From Psilocybe cubensis (taxonomy: Eukaryota), in the NCBI GenBank assembly GCA_017499595.2, contig CM038998.1, positions 124,001-188,000 on the forward strand: a stretch of 64,000 nt of DNA, written 5' to 3'. Both the position numbers and the translations under genes were made by a program. Below are positions 62,722 through 64,000 of the stretch, in pieces (the first letter of the stretch is position 1; each line of letters opens with the position of its first letter). The notes under the pieces were generated by a model that was given only the letters and a program-made list of their open reading frames with translations, had not been told where the DNA came from and ran no database searches.

Positions 62722-63752
62722 ATGGCCCCAAACAAGATATCCGACCCTCTGAAGATAATGATTCCGTAAGTCTTGGACAGTATTTTTATGTTCCTGGGAT
62801 CAATACAAAATATTAAAACAGCATCATGGGAGCAACAGGCGCAGGCAAAAGTAGTGTACGTATCTGTAAAACATGTCATAGTCCTAAACGCCGTCTCACA
62901 ACATCAGTTCATCAACATGGCTATAGGAACGGAGAGCAGAAAGGTCGGGCACAACATCCAGTCTTGCACTTTCGAGGTTGCCGCTGTTGAGGTCCCTCCG
63001 TCGAAGCTCCAAGACATCCCATTGATATCAAATAGAAAGGTTTACCTCGTCGATACGCCCGGTTTCGATAACACCTACCACCACGACGTCGAAATCTTGG
63101 ATAAAATTGCAACATGGCTAAAAGAGTCGTAAGATAGTTTATTTATGTTCGAAGCGCACAAAGTGCTTACCACAGGCTCCAAAGATACAAAGAATTCACA
63201 ATATGTGGCGTAATATACCTTCACGACATCTCTGCGGATCGCTATACCGGGACAGCAAAGCGTAACTTGCAGATTTTCAGTAAACTCTGCGGGGACTCTG
63301 ATGGCGTTCTTGATCACGTCATCATTGGATTGACCAAAGGCAGCCGCATCCCATCAGATGAGGCCTTGAGGCGAGAAGAAGGATTGAAGGAGCGTCAATG
63401 GGGACATATGCTCTCCAAAGGCGTGGAGGTTTATCGCGTTTCGGAAGACGGCACGGAGATCCATCCAATAGACCTTCTTCGTAAGATATTCCAAAAGCAT
63501 CAGGAGCACCTAACTCTCAGGATTCAAGAGGAGATGACCATACAGAGAAAAATCGTTCCGCAGACGGATGCAGGCTTGGAAGTACGCCTGACCCTGGAAC
63601 AGATACTGACACTTTATAAAAAGCAATCAGAATATGCAGAAACCTCTGCAGATCGTAAGGCGATCGAAAAGAAAATCGAAATTTTGTCAAACCAGATCAA
63701 TACCTTGGAAATCCCTCTTTCGCGTCGACTGCGAATGCTCCTCGGAATCTAG
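62722..63752 (+). CDS. AIG1/GIMAP-like GTPase, copy 9 (close paralog of copy 7)
   Basis: IMGATGAGKSS, VGHNIQSCT, LVDTPGFDNT, GVIYLHDISADRYTGTAKRNL, LEIPLSRRLRMLLGI. Confidence 0.92.
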
Positions 63753-64000
63753 AGTGCGAAGTACGAGGATTTGGGAATTAGAGAGATAAGGGAGGTTGCC
63801 GATACGGTGGAAGGGGTTTGAGATGAGTGAACAGAGGCATTTGACGCCCTTGATTGCCATTCCCTACAGAAAAGGTACCCTTGTACGGACAAGATTAGAT
63901 TAGATTATCTATCCACTGTCAATCTCTTCAAACCCAAATTGATTGACAACAGGATGATCCAAAGAACAAAGAGTTGGGTGTAGGCAAGAGAGAATAGGGA

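Noticed and set aside
43180-63752. GTPases as Ras-family, dynamin or ribosome-biogenesis GTPases
   Set aside because: No NKxD/CAAX motifs, too short for dynamins, and the GxTGxGKS..SCT..DTPG pattern with a C-terminal coil fits the AIG1/GIMAP-Toc-septin-like clade better.

Overview
Intron-rich fungal DNA, most likely an Agaricomycete (basidiomycete), judged from short GT-AG introns and the gene families; it splits into two halves. (1) Bases 1-32670 look like the right-hand >32 kb of a giant CACTA/CMC-EnSpm-type DNA transposon. It holds a Tnp2/Transposase_21-type transposase running off the left edge, a divergent RING-finger gene, a full-length-looking but divergent Spt5/NusG-like gene, a coiled-coil gene enclosed by a near-perfect 2.36 kb inverted repeat, and a mosaic of host gene fragments (importin-beta, Doa10, XanA-like dioxygenase, Sfc1 carrier) mixed with LINE pieces. 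It ends in a TGTTTGA subterminal repeat array and a ...CAGTG (CACTG) terminus at 32670 that cuts a host membrane-protein gene inside an intron. (2) Bases 32671-64000 are host sequence: the truncated DUF6534-like gene, a TPR-CHAT protease, an intron-containing tRNA-Ser(AGA), CCT3, then a tandem array of nine AIG1/GIMAP-like P-loop GTPase genes (11 GTPase domains) with an embedded DUF2235 (Tle1-like lipase)-WD40 gene, a candidate fungal immunity/conflict cluster. Exon boundaries were assembled by eye and family calls come from motif recognition; no database searches were run.
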